Shown: one piece after another, positions 13,608-28,000 of the stretch | Layout: each line of letters opens with the position of its first letter | How positions within the stretch are numbered: the stretch's first letter is position 1 | Assembly: GCF_006345805.1 (NCBI RefSeq) | Contig: NC_043000.1 | Coordinates: forward strand, 38,378,001 to 38,442,000 | Length of the DNA stretch: 64,000 bases | From: Octopus sinensis | Lineage: Eukaryota | Direction of reading: 5' to 3' | Position numbers and translations under genes: made by a program | The notes under the pieces: model-generated | What the model was told of the DNA's origin: nothing | What the model saw: only the letters and a program-made list of their open reading frames with translations | Database searches by the model: none

Positions 13608-14122
13608 CAGATAATAACACAATGCATTTCCATAAAATACTATTACAAGTATTATACAATATTTCAAAAATTATTATTTACCATCATTAATTAAATGTAA
13701 ATAAACATATATATTTTTACGATGAGAAGAAATAAGCGACTATTAGGAAACCGATTATCCCCACTACTAACAATAGAGGAAGCTGTGACTCTGTTTGTTT
13801 GTGATATCTCTAAAGGAGTTGTTAGAAACGGCCGTAATGGATTGACATTTGTCCTACATTTATCTATGTTATTCACCTGTCTTAGAACGACCCTTAATCG
13901 GTAGTTTACTACGGACTGTACATTTAAGGAAGTGAATGTGTCTGAATAGCTCAAGAGCTGATTGTATGCTCTGCTGAATCTAATTTTATGCGAGCACTAC
14001 AAGAATTTCATTCTGCCGTATTTATATACCAAGGCTGATATTTGCAAATAATTGTTGTGTGTGTATATTATTCCAACTTAACTAGGTGCCCCAACTGAAG
14101 TACCTTATTCAACATCTTATGT

Positions 14123-14162
<40 letters not shown>

Positions 14163-14193
14163 ATGTATATATGTATGTATATATATATGTATG

Positions 14194-14226
<33 letters not shown>

Positions 14227-14278
14227 ATATATATATATCATATATAGTATATATATCACTAAAAATAAAAGGGTGATA

Positions 14279-14628
14279 TTAATTAATTAATAATTAATAA
14301 TTTACCAAGTAGTTCGATACGTTAAAATAACCCTTTAGGGCAACATTATACAAATATACTATAATTATAAATATAATTATAATCAGGGGTCAGCTAATTA
14401 CCTCACCGAATTTAGAAATATCAGTTAAAATACTTTTTCCACTATCATAAATATCTCTCACACCGTAACACACTTTTTTTACGCAGGCAAAGCGAAACAA
14501 TACGGAATCCACACGACTTAGGTTAACCACATTCTGTTTATAATTATAGAATTTGTATAATGTTACCTTAAAGAGTTATTTTATCGTACCGGAGTACTTG
14601 CTAAAATTATTAATTATTAATTAATTAA
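14279..14628. repeat. ~93-bp inverted repeat pair (MITE/foldback-like)
   Basis: 14279-14371 is the diverged reverse complement of 14537-14628. Confidence 0.75.
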
Positions 14629-15014
14629 AACTAGATCCAACTTAGAATAAGAGGTTCCGTATTCGTGAGGTTTTGAAGTTCCGTATAGTATGTGAATTGA
14701 AGCATACGGAAGTAACATTCGAACCAAATCAGTCTTTCAGCCCAAGTCGGACTTACGCCAAAATCGAATTTCCGGCCAGATCAGATTTAGTTAGAATGAA
14801 AGGTTTCCTGTTCATTCGGTTTTGAAGTTCCGCAGAGTTTGTGAATTGAAGCACTCGGAAGGTAATATGGAAAACCTCGAACTTTCGGACCAAGTCAGAC
14901 TTCCGGCCGGATCGGACTTTCAGAGATTTGGATGCCGGAATGTTTGCAGCTCAGAAACTGTATCTGGGAAATGTGAACATTCAGCACGACAGTAACAGGG
15001 ACGTCACTTTTTAA

Positions 15015-15777
15015 AATGGCTGTGGCATTTTGGTCAGTACAGTAGAAGAATTGATTACCAATGCTTACCCAAACATTGGACATAATCTTCAAGATCATGT
15101 TTGGCTTTGCGAACGAGACATGCTTGCACCAAAGTTCGGGTTGTCAAATAGAAAATTATACAATCACTCTTCAGATTCTCCTGGAAAGCTTTCTCATGAA
15201 ATGACATTGATGAAAGGAGTTTCAATCATGCTCTTGAGAAATCTGGACCCCACAAAACTGTTCGGTGGAACAAGACTGATTGTCAGCTAAATGCATCCAC
15301 ATATTTTGAAAGCAACAATCCTCACTGCAGATGAAAAGGGAGAAAATGAGTTTATTCCAGGAATTCCACTGATTCCAGCAGACATACCTTTTGAATTCAA
15401 GAGACCTCAATTTCCAGTGAAAGTTAATTTTGCAATATCAATTAACAAGGGTCAAGGACTATCACTGAAGGTTGTTGGACTTCACCTCATGCAGCAATGC
15501 TTTTCCCATGGTCAGCTCTATGTTGGTTATTCCAGAACTTGAAATGGCAACAATCTCTTCGTAGTCACATCAAATAGTAAAATCAAGAATATTGTTTATC
15601 GTGCTGTTTTACAGTGGTCGCCAAAGTCAGTTATACAAAATTCTCCAAATGTGATACTCTGTATAAATGTGAGATGGTAGGGTACCAATAAATGCTTTAT
15701 AATCATTTCCTCTCTTTAGTTTTGGGCTGCTGGCCCAATTGGCCAACAAACCCGCACCGATGCGGCTTTTATGCTAA
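15015..15777 (+). mobile_element. Helitron 3' fragment: PIF1-type helicase C-terminus and terminal hairpin
   Basis: Translates to IMLLRNLDPTKL..GTRLIV, FKRPQFPVKVNFAISINKGQGLSL, CFSHGQLYVGYSR; hairpin ccgca-ccga-tgcgg (15752-15765) followed by CTAA (CTRR) at 15774-15777. Confidence 0.9.
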
Positions 15778-15812
<35 letters not shown>

Positions 15813-15821
15813 GGAAAAAGT

Positions 15822-16093
15822 CAAGGTAGGAAATGCTAAAATAATTTTATAAAAATCATTTCAGTGCAGGTTTCAGTCATTGAGACTTTTTTAACCCTGA
15901 GTATGGAAAACAATTAAATTTTTTTTTAAAGAACATTTGCATGTTATTCAAATACAAGGGGCATTTTCCTTGTTTCTGCCTGTCTCTGTCTCTCTTGTTT
16001 ACTCTTGTGGGTTCGAGGTCGGTGTGAATTCTTGGCAGAGGAGAAGAAGAAGAAGAAGAAGAAGAAGAAGAAGAAGAAGAAGAAGAAGAAGAG

Positions 16094-16125
<32 letters not shown>

Positions 16126-16519
16126 AAACAACAACAACAACAACAACAACAAGACGAACAAGAAGAGTGCTATGATAGTAGTAGGATGTTAAATGGTCAA
16201 ATGTCCAGAAAGTGACTTGTTGTGGATGATAGTAGTGATTGTATTTTTGAGATATCTTTTTTGAATGTATTGGTTATAATATTTGCGTAGGTGTTATTCT
16301 AAATAGTAGTAGTAGTAAAGTAAGAAAGGAGGTGGCGGAGAGGAAGAAGACGACGACGAAGAAGAAGGAGACGAAAAGAAAGAAGAATAAAAAAAGAATG
16401 AAGGAGTGGCATGTTAGTAGTAGGATGTTAAATGGTCAAGTGACTTAAAAGGAGCTCGTTGTAGATTAAAGTAGTGATTGGTACTGTTTTTAATGAATTC
16501 TTGGGTATCTCTTTTGAAT

Positions 16520-16520
<1 letters not shown>
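15822..16520. mobile_element. Single arm of the 48.2-49.1 kb foldback family with expanded (GAA)n/(CAA)n
   Basis: caaggtaggaaatgctaaaataa start and tagtaggatgtt...ggtcaagtgac end match the arms at 48171-49084. Confidence 0.7.
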
Positions 16521-16559
<39 letters not shown>

Positions 16560-16563
<4 letters not shown>

Positions 16564-16812
16564 GTGCGTGTGTGTATGTATATATATACATATATGTGTG
16601 TGTTTGTGTATGTTTGTGTATGTTTGTCCCCCACCACTTCTTGACAAGCACTGTTGGTTTGCGCACGTCCCGATAAGTTAGCGGTTCGGCAAATAAAACG
16701 ATACAAAAATACTGAAAAGCAAGTACTGGAGTTGATTCGTTCGCCTAAAAATTCGTCATGTCGGTGCCCCAGTATGGCCGCAGTCTAATGATTGAAACAT
16801 GTAAAAGATAAA
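16560..16812 (+). mobile_element. SINE family 1, 3' half
   Basis: tttgtcccccacc...ttagcggttcggcaaa...atggccgcagtc. Confidence 0.75.
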
Positions 16813-17071
16813 CAAACATTAAATGAAGTTTTCAGAAACTGAAAGCGAAACCGCATCGCTCGTGCCATTTACTACTTGTGTATCCACCGTTCTACAGGGT
16901 AGTTAACAACAATGTGATTATATTCACATCATTTTATCAATGGCGACGAAGTTCTTCTCAGCATAACGATGAGATTACGCTCCGAGTCCGGATATCGAGA
17001 CGGTGGAGATATGCTAAGAAATGATTGCAATAAAATTGTAAGCGTGTGCGTGTGTGTTTGTGTGTTGTTGA

Positions 17072-17130
<59 letters not shown>

Positions 17131-17209
17131 CATGTTTAATATATATATTGTGTGTGGTGTGTGTGTGTGTGTGTGGTGTGTGTATCTATGTGTGTGTATA
17201 GTATAATAT

Positions 17210-17250
<41 letters not shown>

Positions 17251-17360
17251 TATATTTGTACATACATTTATATGTGTGGATTTGAGTACAGTATATATGT
17301 GTATATGTATACGTATACATGCACAGGGAGACAGATAACTGGACAGACAGACTGATAGAC

Positions 17361-17409
<49 letters not shown>

Positions 17410-17904
17410 TATGGATAGATAGATAGATAGAAAGATAGATAGACAGACAGACAGACAGATAGATTGATAGAGAGAGAGAAAGAGAGATACAAATATACAT
17501 AAAAAAATATATACACTTACAGACACACATACAGGTTCACAAGCGATTTGGATAATTTGATGGTGTGTGACTATATGAAATTAGGAGGAATGTGTCCGTT
17601 TATATTTATTGGGTAAAGTTATGGGATATAAACATACATACAAACACACACACACATACACACACATATCTATATACATAAATATATACTTACACACACA
17701 CAAACATACATATGTATGTATGTACGTATGTATTATATGTGTATACATATTTATTTATATAGATATATATATATATAAGTTACTAAAAGAAAACTTCTCT
17801 ACTAAGGCTATTGTATATTCAAGGAGTGTATATATACATAAATGTGTGTGTGTATGTGTGTGTGTGTGTGCGTGTGTGTATGAGTGTATGTACGTATATA
17901 TATG

Positions 17905-17939
<35 letters not shown>

Positions 17940-18724
17940 GAGTGTGTGTGTGTGTTTGTATGTATGTATGTATGTATGTATATACATATATATACATTTC
18001 TTAAATATACAATAGCCTTAGTAGAGTTCCCTTATTGAATTCTTGAAACAGGAAACACATACTTCTATAGAACGCAATATCTTTTACCAAAAATCTACAC
18101 ACTTCTAAAAGGTATTTAAAGTACAATACAAGATCAGACAATATATCACCGGTTAGAGGTTAAGAACTAAAATATCAAGTGAAATCGATATGGAAAAAAA
18201 AAGAAAGAAATCATAAAAAAATCTATTGCTATAATAGATGGAAAAATATTCTTTTTTTTTTCGAAAATATACGAAAGAGATATAATGTGTTTTATCAGGA
18301 TCCCAAATTTACAAACTTGTGAGAAAAAATTTTGGCGTTTTTATGATGTGATTTTGTCATTTATTTGAGTTTTTGAGATTTTTTAATGGAATTTATTTAT
18401 TGTTTGTTGTTGTCAATGATGGTGGTTGAAGCTGTTAGGGAATAATTTATTATAAATGTATAGGATGTGGCTGGATATATATTGTGTGTACTGTGAGTGC
18501 ATTTGTAATACAAATACATATGCGAGTGTATGTGTGTGCGTGTGTGTATGGGATATTTGGTTAGGCAAGGGTGTACGTGGAGGTGCATGAATGTGGATGG
18601 GTGTTTAGTATTTTGGGAAAGTTAGATGGATCATCTGCGAGATCAGAGTAAAACGAATGATAAAATCATGGTGTTAAAAAAAAGGAAGAAATATAGAATC
18701 CAGTACACAAACGCATACACACTG

Positions 18725-18755
<31 letters not shown>

Positions 18756-19484
18756 CACACACATGCACACACACACATGTACACATGCCCACGTACATAT
18801 ATAAGTATGAATATATATGTAGGTATGTTATATATATAGGTTATAATATAGGTATGTATATAATATATATATATATATATAATAATTATATATATATGTA
18901 TGTATAAATATTTATATTTATATATATGAAGAGCATCGTCCCAAAATTAATTTCTAAATGTTAGGAGTTGGTAACCGAAGATGAAAATTAAGAGTAAAAT
19001 ATATAAAAAGAACACGAAGAAGAAAAGGAAAGAAAACGAACGAAAAATCCGCGTTTATGGAAAGTTTTTCATTTTCTTCTTGCTCCATCTCTTTTTCTCC
19101 TTACTACTACTACTACTACTACTACTACTAACTACTACTACTACTACTACTAGTACTACTACTGCTGCTGCTGTTGCTGCTGCTGTTACTACTGCTGTAG
19201 GTTATTTTTCTTTCCTTTTACTTTTGCACACGCACCACCACCACCAACACCATCATCATCATCATCATCCTCATCATAATCATTATTGTTATTGTTATTA
19301 TTGGTATTATTAAGGAGATGTGTTATCATTATTATTAATTCGTTTCCTCTGAAGGTTTCCCTTTAAAAACAGATCGATTATGTTTGGTCTCCCGTATTGA
19401 TTAAAAAAATCCCCTGATCTTTGATCCTTTTTTACTCTGTCAGGCGATATAAAATTGTACGAACAAGATTTCTTTTTTTAATTT

Positions 19485-19516
<32 letters not shown>

Positions 19517-19615
19517 TATTATTATTATTGTTATTATTGTTGTTGTTATTATTATTATTATTGTTGTTGTTATTATTACTATTATTATTATTTTTATTAT
19601 TATTATTATTATTAC

Positions 19616-19658
<43 letters not shown>

Positions 19659-19814
19659 GTTATTATTATTATTATGATTATTATTATTATTATTATCAGT
19701 TTCTTTTGTCCGCTCTTGCCTTTCCTATCCATTCTTGAACAAAAGTTCTTTAGATTTTAATTCTTCTATGGCGACAATATCACTGCAAAAAGGAAAAAGA
19801 ACAAGCACATACAC

Positions 19815-19870
<56 letters not shown>

Positions 19871-20514
19871 CACACACATACATTCATCTGTGTATTTTTT
19901 TCCCTTCGTATCAGTCAATTTTATTTATATCAAAGATCTTTCATTTAAACTCGAAATGATGCACAGATCTTACACTTTGCGTTTCCGAATTTCTTTCGTG
20001 TTTTCTTTTCATTTTGTTTTCATTATTTCATTAAATATTTTCGTTTGTTCATTTTTAAAACTACTTTGTTACTTTATTTCAGGCATAATAAATATATGTG
20101 CATATATATACGTAGGTACATACATACATACTTACATATATATAGATATAATATAATATAATATATATATATATATATATTATTAGAAGTTTGGGATTAC
20201 ATATATATGTATATATATATGTATATATATATATATTATATATATATATAGATACATATATATATATATATATATATATATGTATTAATTATATGTATAT
20301 ATATATATATATATTATATATATACATATATATATTATATATATATATATATATATGTATGTATATATATATATATATATAATATATATATATATATTAT
20401 ATATATATATATATGCGACGTCTTCTTTCAGCTTCCGGCTATTAAAACCATCGTCTTTGGTCGGCCCGAGGCTATAGAAGAAGATACTTGCCTATCTATC
20501 TATTCTATCTATCG

Positions 20515-20549
<35 letters not shown>

Positions 20550-20589
20550 AATATATTCTATATTTATATATATATATATATCTATATAT

Positions 20590-20745
20590 AACCTACGCGA
20601 GTAAAACATAATTGAACAAGGTGGAAAAATAGTACTCAAATACCAGTGGTAGAGTAATATGCTTTATTTAAATCGTAGAAAATTCAACAAAAACCTGTTA
20701 CTCTGAGTTTCCACGTTGCCGTTCGTCGTCGACAGTTTTGCTTGT
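20590..20745 (-). mobile_element. pLTR-like repeat family B with a degenerate hammerhead (20695-20735)
   Basis: ctgt cgacgacga acg-gcaa-cgt g GAA ACTCaGAGT A acag, with AATAAA ~25 nt downstream; homologous to the 50.7 and 62.1 kb copies. Confidence 0.6.
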
Positions 20746-21018
20746 CTTGTTCCTTGGTTTGTGTCTATGTTGTTTCGTCTCTCTAGTTTTTCGACTCTTT
20801 TTGGTGTCCTTACAGGTATATCGTGTATGTACATGTAGAGGTAGGTACGTACATATATGTTTATATATGCATATATTCTATTTTATTAACATATATAATA
20901 TATATGTATATATATATGGGTTGGCAAACTAAGTTCTCGCGGTTTTTAAATTTTGAATCTATTTTGCTTTTTTTCTAGTTAATTTTAGTTAATTATTCTT
21001 AATTTTCAGATCACTAAA

Positions 21019-22170
21019 ATGTAATGTCAAGTTAAGAAAAACAATAATTTTTGACACCTTTTTGCTTTTAACCAAGGTTCTAAGACCGCAAAAGCTCCTC
21101 GTGACATTTGTGCTGTGTACGGAGAGGGTGCCAAAGCTGAAAGAACCGCTCGTGATTGGTATGCCAAGTTCAAAAATAGAAATTTTTTACCTCAAAGACG
21201 CACCTCGCTCTGGCTGTCCAGTTGAGTTCGATGAAGAGCGATTAAACCAACTTTTGCACGAAAATTCTCGTCAAACGGCAAGAGAACTGGCAGGGAAAAT
21301 TGAATGCTCCCAAACTGCTATAGAGAAGCATCTTCACTCGATGGGAAAGGTTCAGAAGTATGGAGCGTGGGTTCCGCTTACTTTAAGTTTCAACAACAAA
21401 AATCAACGAATCACAATCTCCGCTGGTTTGCTTGCTAGTCACTGCTCAACTCATGGACACAAGCAACAATTTCTTTACCGAATCGTTACTTGCGACGAAA
21501 AATGGTGCCTGTACATCAATATGAAGCAGCGTAAGGAATGGCTTAGCCCCGGTAAACAAGCGACACCGCGCGTGAAGCAAGATCTTCCCAGTAAAACGAT
21601 GTTGTGGTGGGACTGGGAAGGGATTATCCATTACGAATTGCTTGAACGAAACCAAACGGTCAACGCGGAACTCAATGTTCAACAGATGGAATGACTCAAC
21701 ACGGCTATTCAAGAGAAAAGACCTAATCGTCAGCATGGAGTCCTGCTGCACGACAACGACCGCCCTCATATCGCCAATATGACCAAGGAAGCCATTCAAA
21801 CGCATGGCTAGGAAGTGCTGCCACACTCGCTGTACTCTCCTGATTTGGCACCAACGGATTTCTACCTCTTTCGATCTCTTTCAAATGCTATGCACGGAGT
21901 TTCGTTCAGTGCTGATGCAGAATTGAGAGCTTGGTTGGATCAACTATTCGAGTCGAAATCGGGTGATTTCTACCAACGAACTATTGAAAATCCTATATAT
22001 ATATATATGCTAGCTTCTGCGCGCATTTTTTTCTCTCCTTGTTTCTTTCTGTGTTTCTTTTCTGTGTATCTTTCTGTTTATATTTATATTCCTGAGCGCC
22101 ATACTAATACAATTGTTTGTTTATATTCCACCTGCCTTCGTCTTTTGTTTATTTTCATAAAGCTGCCCGT

Positions 22171-22206
<36 letters not shown>

Positions 22207-22208
22207 AC

Positions 22209-22247
<39 letters not shown>

Positions 22248-22338
22248 ATTAAATAATAAGAAACAATAATATATAAGTGTATATATACATATATGGGAAG
22301 AAGTTGTAAACAACAAGGGTGAATACATTAATGATTAA
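21019..22338 (+). pseudogene. Mariner D34D transposase pseudogene
   Basis: DAPRSG, YGAWVP, IVTCDEKW, HDN..PH, YSPDLAPTD (34 residues between 2nd and 3rd D); C-terminus WEEVVNNKGEYIND* resumes at 22294; several stops and frameshifts. Confidence 0.92.
22015..22175 (+). mobile_element. Family A pLTR-like copy lacking the hammerhead core, nested in the mariner
   Basis: Reverse complement of the 13.05-13.2 kb copy with the core segment absent. Confidence 0.7.
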
Positions 22339-22429
22339 TTAGTTGTTATTTTTTTCATTGAACCTTTCAAAAATTTTTAATTTCAAAAAGCGGCGGGAAA
22401 TTAGTTGCCAGCCCAACACACACACACAC

Positions 22430-22470
<41 letters not shown>

Positions 22471-22487
22471 ATATATGTACATATATG

Positions 22488-22852
22488 CTGAAACAGTTGT
22501 CATGCTACCAACAGCTTACAAGGACGCTGCTATGAGCAAAACACGAGTTTTACGAGTGGTTTTCATGCTTTAGGAAAACCAGCCTCGTGGGGGCGTCCGT
22601 CAAACTCTTGAGCGAACGAAAAGATAATGAAAATTCACGAACTGATCTTGGAGGACCGTCACCGAGCAATTGACGAAGTTTTTGATATAACTGGTGTGTC
22701 CTGGAGCTCCTGACAATGAATTTTGAGTGAGGAGTCGTGAATGGATCGACTTACAGAAAAATCGCTTGTTCACGGAAGATCAAAAGCAGTCAGACTGAAT
22801 GTGTCTTCTCAACTAAAAGAACAGCTGAAAGTTGATCCAGACCCTTATCCTT
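22488..22852 (+). pseudogene. N-terminal fragment of another mariner transposase
   Basis: AETVVML..AYKDAAMSKTRV, PRGGRP, IHELILEDRHRAIDEV (HTH region), frameshifted. Confidence 0.8.
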
Positions 22853-22873
22853 ATATTTATATCCTACATATAA

Positions 22874-22978
<105 letters not shown>

Positions 22979-23759
22979 ACATACATGTGTGCGTGTGTAT
23001 ATATATATAAAGACAGATAGGGCGATAGAGAGAGATACAAGTAGACAATATGTAAATTACAAGTGTTCTTACATATCGCTGCTCACAGTGCGCTTCCATC
23101 CTTTACTTGCTTGCCTTCTTTCTTTCCATATGAATCCAAATTCTTTAGTCGTCTGCTCATCTTCTCGGTTTAAAAATGTTAATGACTGTGATTTCGAAGT
23201 TGCAGTTTGCAAACTAAAATGGAACAGAGCTCTCAGTATATAGGGAATATTGTTTAATTAAATTTTTTTCTCACGATTTTATTAAATCGTTAACGAAGTC
23301 TGATCAGTGAAAACTAAAAACCGTAGTCTCGCAACCAAAATGCATCTCAATGTGAAATTGTAAGCGTACTCCATATTGAAGATCTTGGAAGGTCTAGTTC
23401 CCAACTTTGGAATTGAAAGCTATATCAACTACCAAACACGACAGCAATCCATAGTAGCAAGTATCCCATCATCTCCATCCAGAATAAGGACCTCGTACAG
23501 TAAGAGCTTGCACTTCAATGTTCAAGAATAATTCAATATCCTACCGAAGAACCGCCGAAATTTGCGTCAGAACACGTTTTTATCTGGAATCCAAGATTCT
23601 TCCACATTGTGACAGGAGGCACAAAGAGGAGCAGCTCCACTCAACATACTACTTCACCAGGAACACTACAGAAGAAAAAAACGCCCAACCACACTAAAAG
23701 GCGATGTTCCAGCATAGTCTCAGCCTTCGACTAAACCCAGAAGATGAGAGACAAAAAAA

Positions 23760-24110
23760 TGCGCAATTGTCCACATAAAGCAAAGACCAAACAATTATTT
23801 TGTTGCACCACACTTACCAAAAAGAATTATCCAAGCGAAGTTAAACGATTGTTTTGTACCTCCTTAAAGAGCTTGGGGTACGGGCATTGCTTGATCTTCA
23901 TCTTGTTTATTATATATCGCATAGTGACAAACAGTTGCTGGGAAAGGCCATATATTGGATGAAAAACTCGCTAATGGAACGAAGGAATCTGTCAGAATGG
24001 ATGGTCAGATATATAAACACCGGCTGCGTGAGGAACCCATCGTTGTCAATGCAAAATAGTGTAGGTGGTTATTAGGAATGGAAAGTAATATCAATGCTGT
24101 TCCCTAAATT
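23760..24110 (+). mobile_element. Decayed RTE-like LINE fragment
   Basis: LYLLKELGVRALLDL and RMDGQIYKHRL...RWL resemble the post-RT LYL..GG.GL and HGQ..WL motifs of RTE-type ORFs. Confidence 0.35.
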
Positions 24111-24339
24111 TTATTTTAGAATTTATGGAAGCAACTGTCTTTCAAGAATCATGTTGTCGTTGAAAACTCAAAATGAGGAGTAGATAGACAGCCGGCAACT
24201 GATGAAGGGTCCTTTCTCTGGGTTTACTTGTCCTGTTTTCCACGTTCTCCTGTTTTCTCTCGTTGTTCACGTATTGAATTCGCTTGTTCACCAACTTCAT
24301 GTTGTTTGCACAGTTGGTGACGTCCTGTGCCCATATTCA

Positions 24340-24424
<85 letters not shown>

Positions 24425-24549
24425 ATATATTATATATATATAATATTATATATAATATATATATATGTATATATACACTTATATATAATATATATATATA
24501 TGTATATATACACATACACTTATATATTATTGTTTATTATTATTTAATT

Positions 24550-24618
<69 letters not shown>

Positions 24619-24772
24619 CATATATATGTAATATATACACTTATATATTATTTTTATTATTATTTAATTGAGATATATATAATATATATTAATATATATA
24701 TATTATATATATATATATATATATATCGTAGCATGGTATTCCATTGTCTCGACCACGGTCGAAAAATGATGA

Positions 24773-24810
<38 letters not shown>

Positions 24811-25002
24811 ATATATATATATATATTATATTATATATATATATATATACACTTATATATAATATATATATATGTTATATACACAATCACTTATATATTA
24901 TTGTTTATTATTTTTAATTGATATATATATATTATATATATATATATATATATATCGTAGCATGTATTCCATTGTCTCGACCACGGTCGAAAAATGATGA
25001 TG

Positions 25003-25035
<33 letters not shown>

Positions 25036-25080
25036 ATATATATATTATATATATGCGTGTGTGTGTATATATATACACAC

Positions 25081-28000
25081 AAGAAATGGAGCTGAACGAA
25101 GATTTTACAAAATTCCTTTTTATTATTTTCTACACATGTTTCAAAGGCTGCAAATTCCCTAATTCGGATTGAATAAGGAGACCATTTTGCAGCATTCTCT
25201 TCAGGAAAATCCAGGAACTTAAATCTCCAAACAAATGCGCAGCAAGCTTTTAAGTACATTTTAGACAAATACATTCCTAGTTTAGTCAATAAGCTTAAGC
25301 TTAGCCTCTGGGCGAACTCCTCGCAAGTTGTAAAGTGGTTCTCTTCTATCCCTAATAAAAACCGAACTAAGTTCATTCAGTTCGATATTGCTAATTTCTA
25401 CCCCTCAATTAACCCTAGTGTACTTAATAAGGCCCTGTGGCATGCACATAATAAGGCAGGTCTCACTAGAGAAGAAATTGATATAATTCTAGTCGCCAGA
25501 AAATCATTTATAAAGTTTGAAAATAAGTTGTGGGTTCGTAAGGATACTCCCAACGAGTTCGATGTACCTATGGGTAGTTCAGATAGCGCGCAGATTGCCG
25601 ATTTGGTCGGAATCTATATTCTCTACGAATTATCCGACCAATTCCCGGACATCGGGGGCGGCCTATATCGTGACGATTGTCTGTTTTACCTACAAAACAC
25701 CCCGAACAGAAAAGTACAGAAAACTAAAAATAGATTAGCTAGGTTCTTTAATAGGATGGGCATGAGTATAGTTTTTGATAACGAACTTACTAAGGCTAAT
25801 TTCTTAGATGTCACACTAAACCTCCATAGCGATTCTTACTGTCCCCTACCACAAGCCTTCCACTAACTTAAAGTATGTCAGTGTTTTCTCGAACCACGCT
25901 AAAACTATAACAGACAATTTGGTTTAAAATATTTCACAAAGATTAACTAATTTATCTGCCAATGTCGATATTTTTGGGCAGAAAGCGGAATTTTATAATG
26001 CCGCCCTGTCTAAAGCCGGTTATAGGGAGAAGGTAGTATATATAGATCCGGCCCTTCCGATGCCAGCATTCTGTCATCAGGATAGGGCCAGCTACAATAA
26101 CATAAATAATTTAAGTAGTGATGGTAGCCTGAGGAATGTCGAAACAAGTACATCTAGAATAAATATAGATAACATAAATAATTTGCGGTCCAGGGGAGGC
26201 CATAGTAAGCCAAAACCTATTATTCAACCTAGAAATGCCCACCTTAATGTCAGAGTTGACTCCACGACCCAGTACAAAAACAGGAATAAATATATTTGGT
26301 TTGTAATTCCCTTTGGTAAGCAAATAAGATCTAACCTACCCCTGCAGTTTCGCCAAGCCATTGCCAGTAATTTTCCCAGAAATTCCAGATATTACGCCAC
26401 TGTTAACTCACACAAAGTTAGGATAGCCTTCTCCAATACTAAAAATCTCTCACAGATAATTTCCTCCCATAACAATAAGCTGCTAAATAAGACCCTCTCA
26501 CCCACGTTCGGAGACGCAGCTCCGTCTAATGCCAGAATAACGCGCAGTAATAATAATAATAATAATGATAATAGAACCGGCACAGAGATTAGCAATCTCC
26601 ATACCAGCCATGGAGTTAATAATAGGAATAAGGATAGGAGCAATGGTGACGGCATTAACGTTAGTAATGGGAATAGGGATGAGAGCACTGCCCGAGTCAT
26701 TAAAGTAGAGAGTCCCAATAACAATTTTAGCAGCGGGTTTAACAACAGTAGCATCACGGACATTAGCAATCACAGCGATCTCAGTGGCAGGGAATGTACA
26801 GGTGATATTCCATTAAATAGTATTGATAATGGGGTGTATAATGTCGAAGACAGCCGTAGTTCTTACAATCATCATAGTAATAAGAACGCCGTATTAATAT
26901 CGGAAGCCAATCCCAATAGAATAAGGTTCTTATCTAGTAATTCCAAGATTAGAAATGCCATTTACCAATGCAGAGTTTATACTGAATCAGATGTCTACTT
27001 GTATATCGGAGCTTCATCATCAAAATTGGCCGTGAGAATATCGAACCACTTCACAACGTTTCGCGACTTTGGAAAACAACACGCGACCGGACTAAGTAAA
27101 TTAATCTGGCGTTTGAAGAACGTGAATTCAGCCTTTAGACTGGAATGGTCGATTTTATCGGTGTCTGTACCGTTTGATAGAGGCAAAAGAATCTGTAATC
27201 TTTGCAACTCTGAACTTTTTCACATTTTGTTCGCCCGAGGGCAGCTAGTTAACTCGATTTTGCAAAACTCTTATAGATGTCCCCACTGGAGGCGGCATAC
27301 ATTTCTTGCATACAATTGAAGTCTAAGATAATTAACACCTTGATGTCCTAAGAAAGAAAAAAATTTTTGGAAAAAAATTTGGAAAAAAATTTTGAATTAA
27401 ATTTGAAAGGGGAAATTACTCCCCCTTTTAGCGTATGATCTGCTACTTATTTAGAAACAATATCAGGGATTATACTCCCCTTGTTTGACAAGTCAACTGT
27501 CTATAAACTGGTCACAGACGAACACACAGACACAGGTTGTTATCAGCTGCTTGACCAACAATAGCCGCAACATATTTTCTCCCTAGCTGCTTCCTAGGCA
27601 TACTGCCACACATACATAGGCGCACACACACATACATGTAGGTAGTTTCTCACACCCAAATAAGATAGCTTTCATTCTTAAAACAATTCGAACATTAACA
27701 CTAGTTATACAGAATATGTTCACACTCTTTGGTTTTCTGTAATTCTTCCCCTACCCAATGTTAACCGGAATTTGACCTCGAATTATCTCAACGGACTTTT
27801 TCGTCGGCCTTCACCCACCCTGACGTCAACGCATATTGAGAGACAGTCTTGTGCCATTCATACCATGGGCTCCTAGGGAGCGTTTGTTCGAAAAGCTTGC
27901 TGCGCATTTGTTTGGAGATTTAAGTTCCTGGATTTTCCTGAAGAGAATGCTGCAAAATGGTCTCCTTATTCAATCCGAATTAGGGAATTTGCAGCCTTTG

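Larger units (their letters stand above)
20917..22416 (+). mobile_element. Mariner transposon, both TIRs present, interrupted by a ~300-bp insertion
   Basis: Left TIR tgggttggcaaactaagttctcgcggttttt; right TIR aaaaagcggcgggaaattagttgccagccca (~22385-22415). Confidence 0.9.

Noticed and set aside
24195-24230. CTGATGAaggg hammerhead start
   Set aside because: The GAAA half is missing; at best a truncated remnant.
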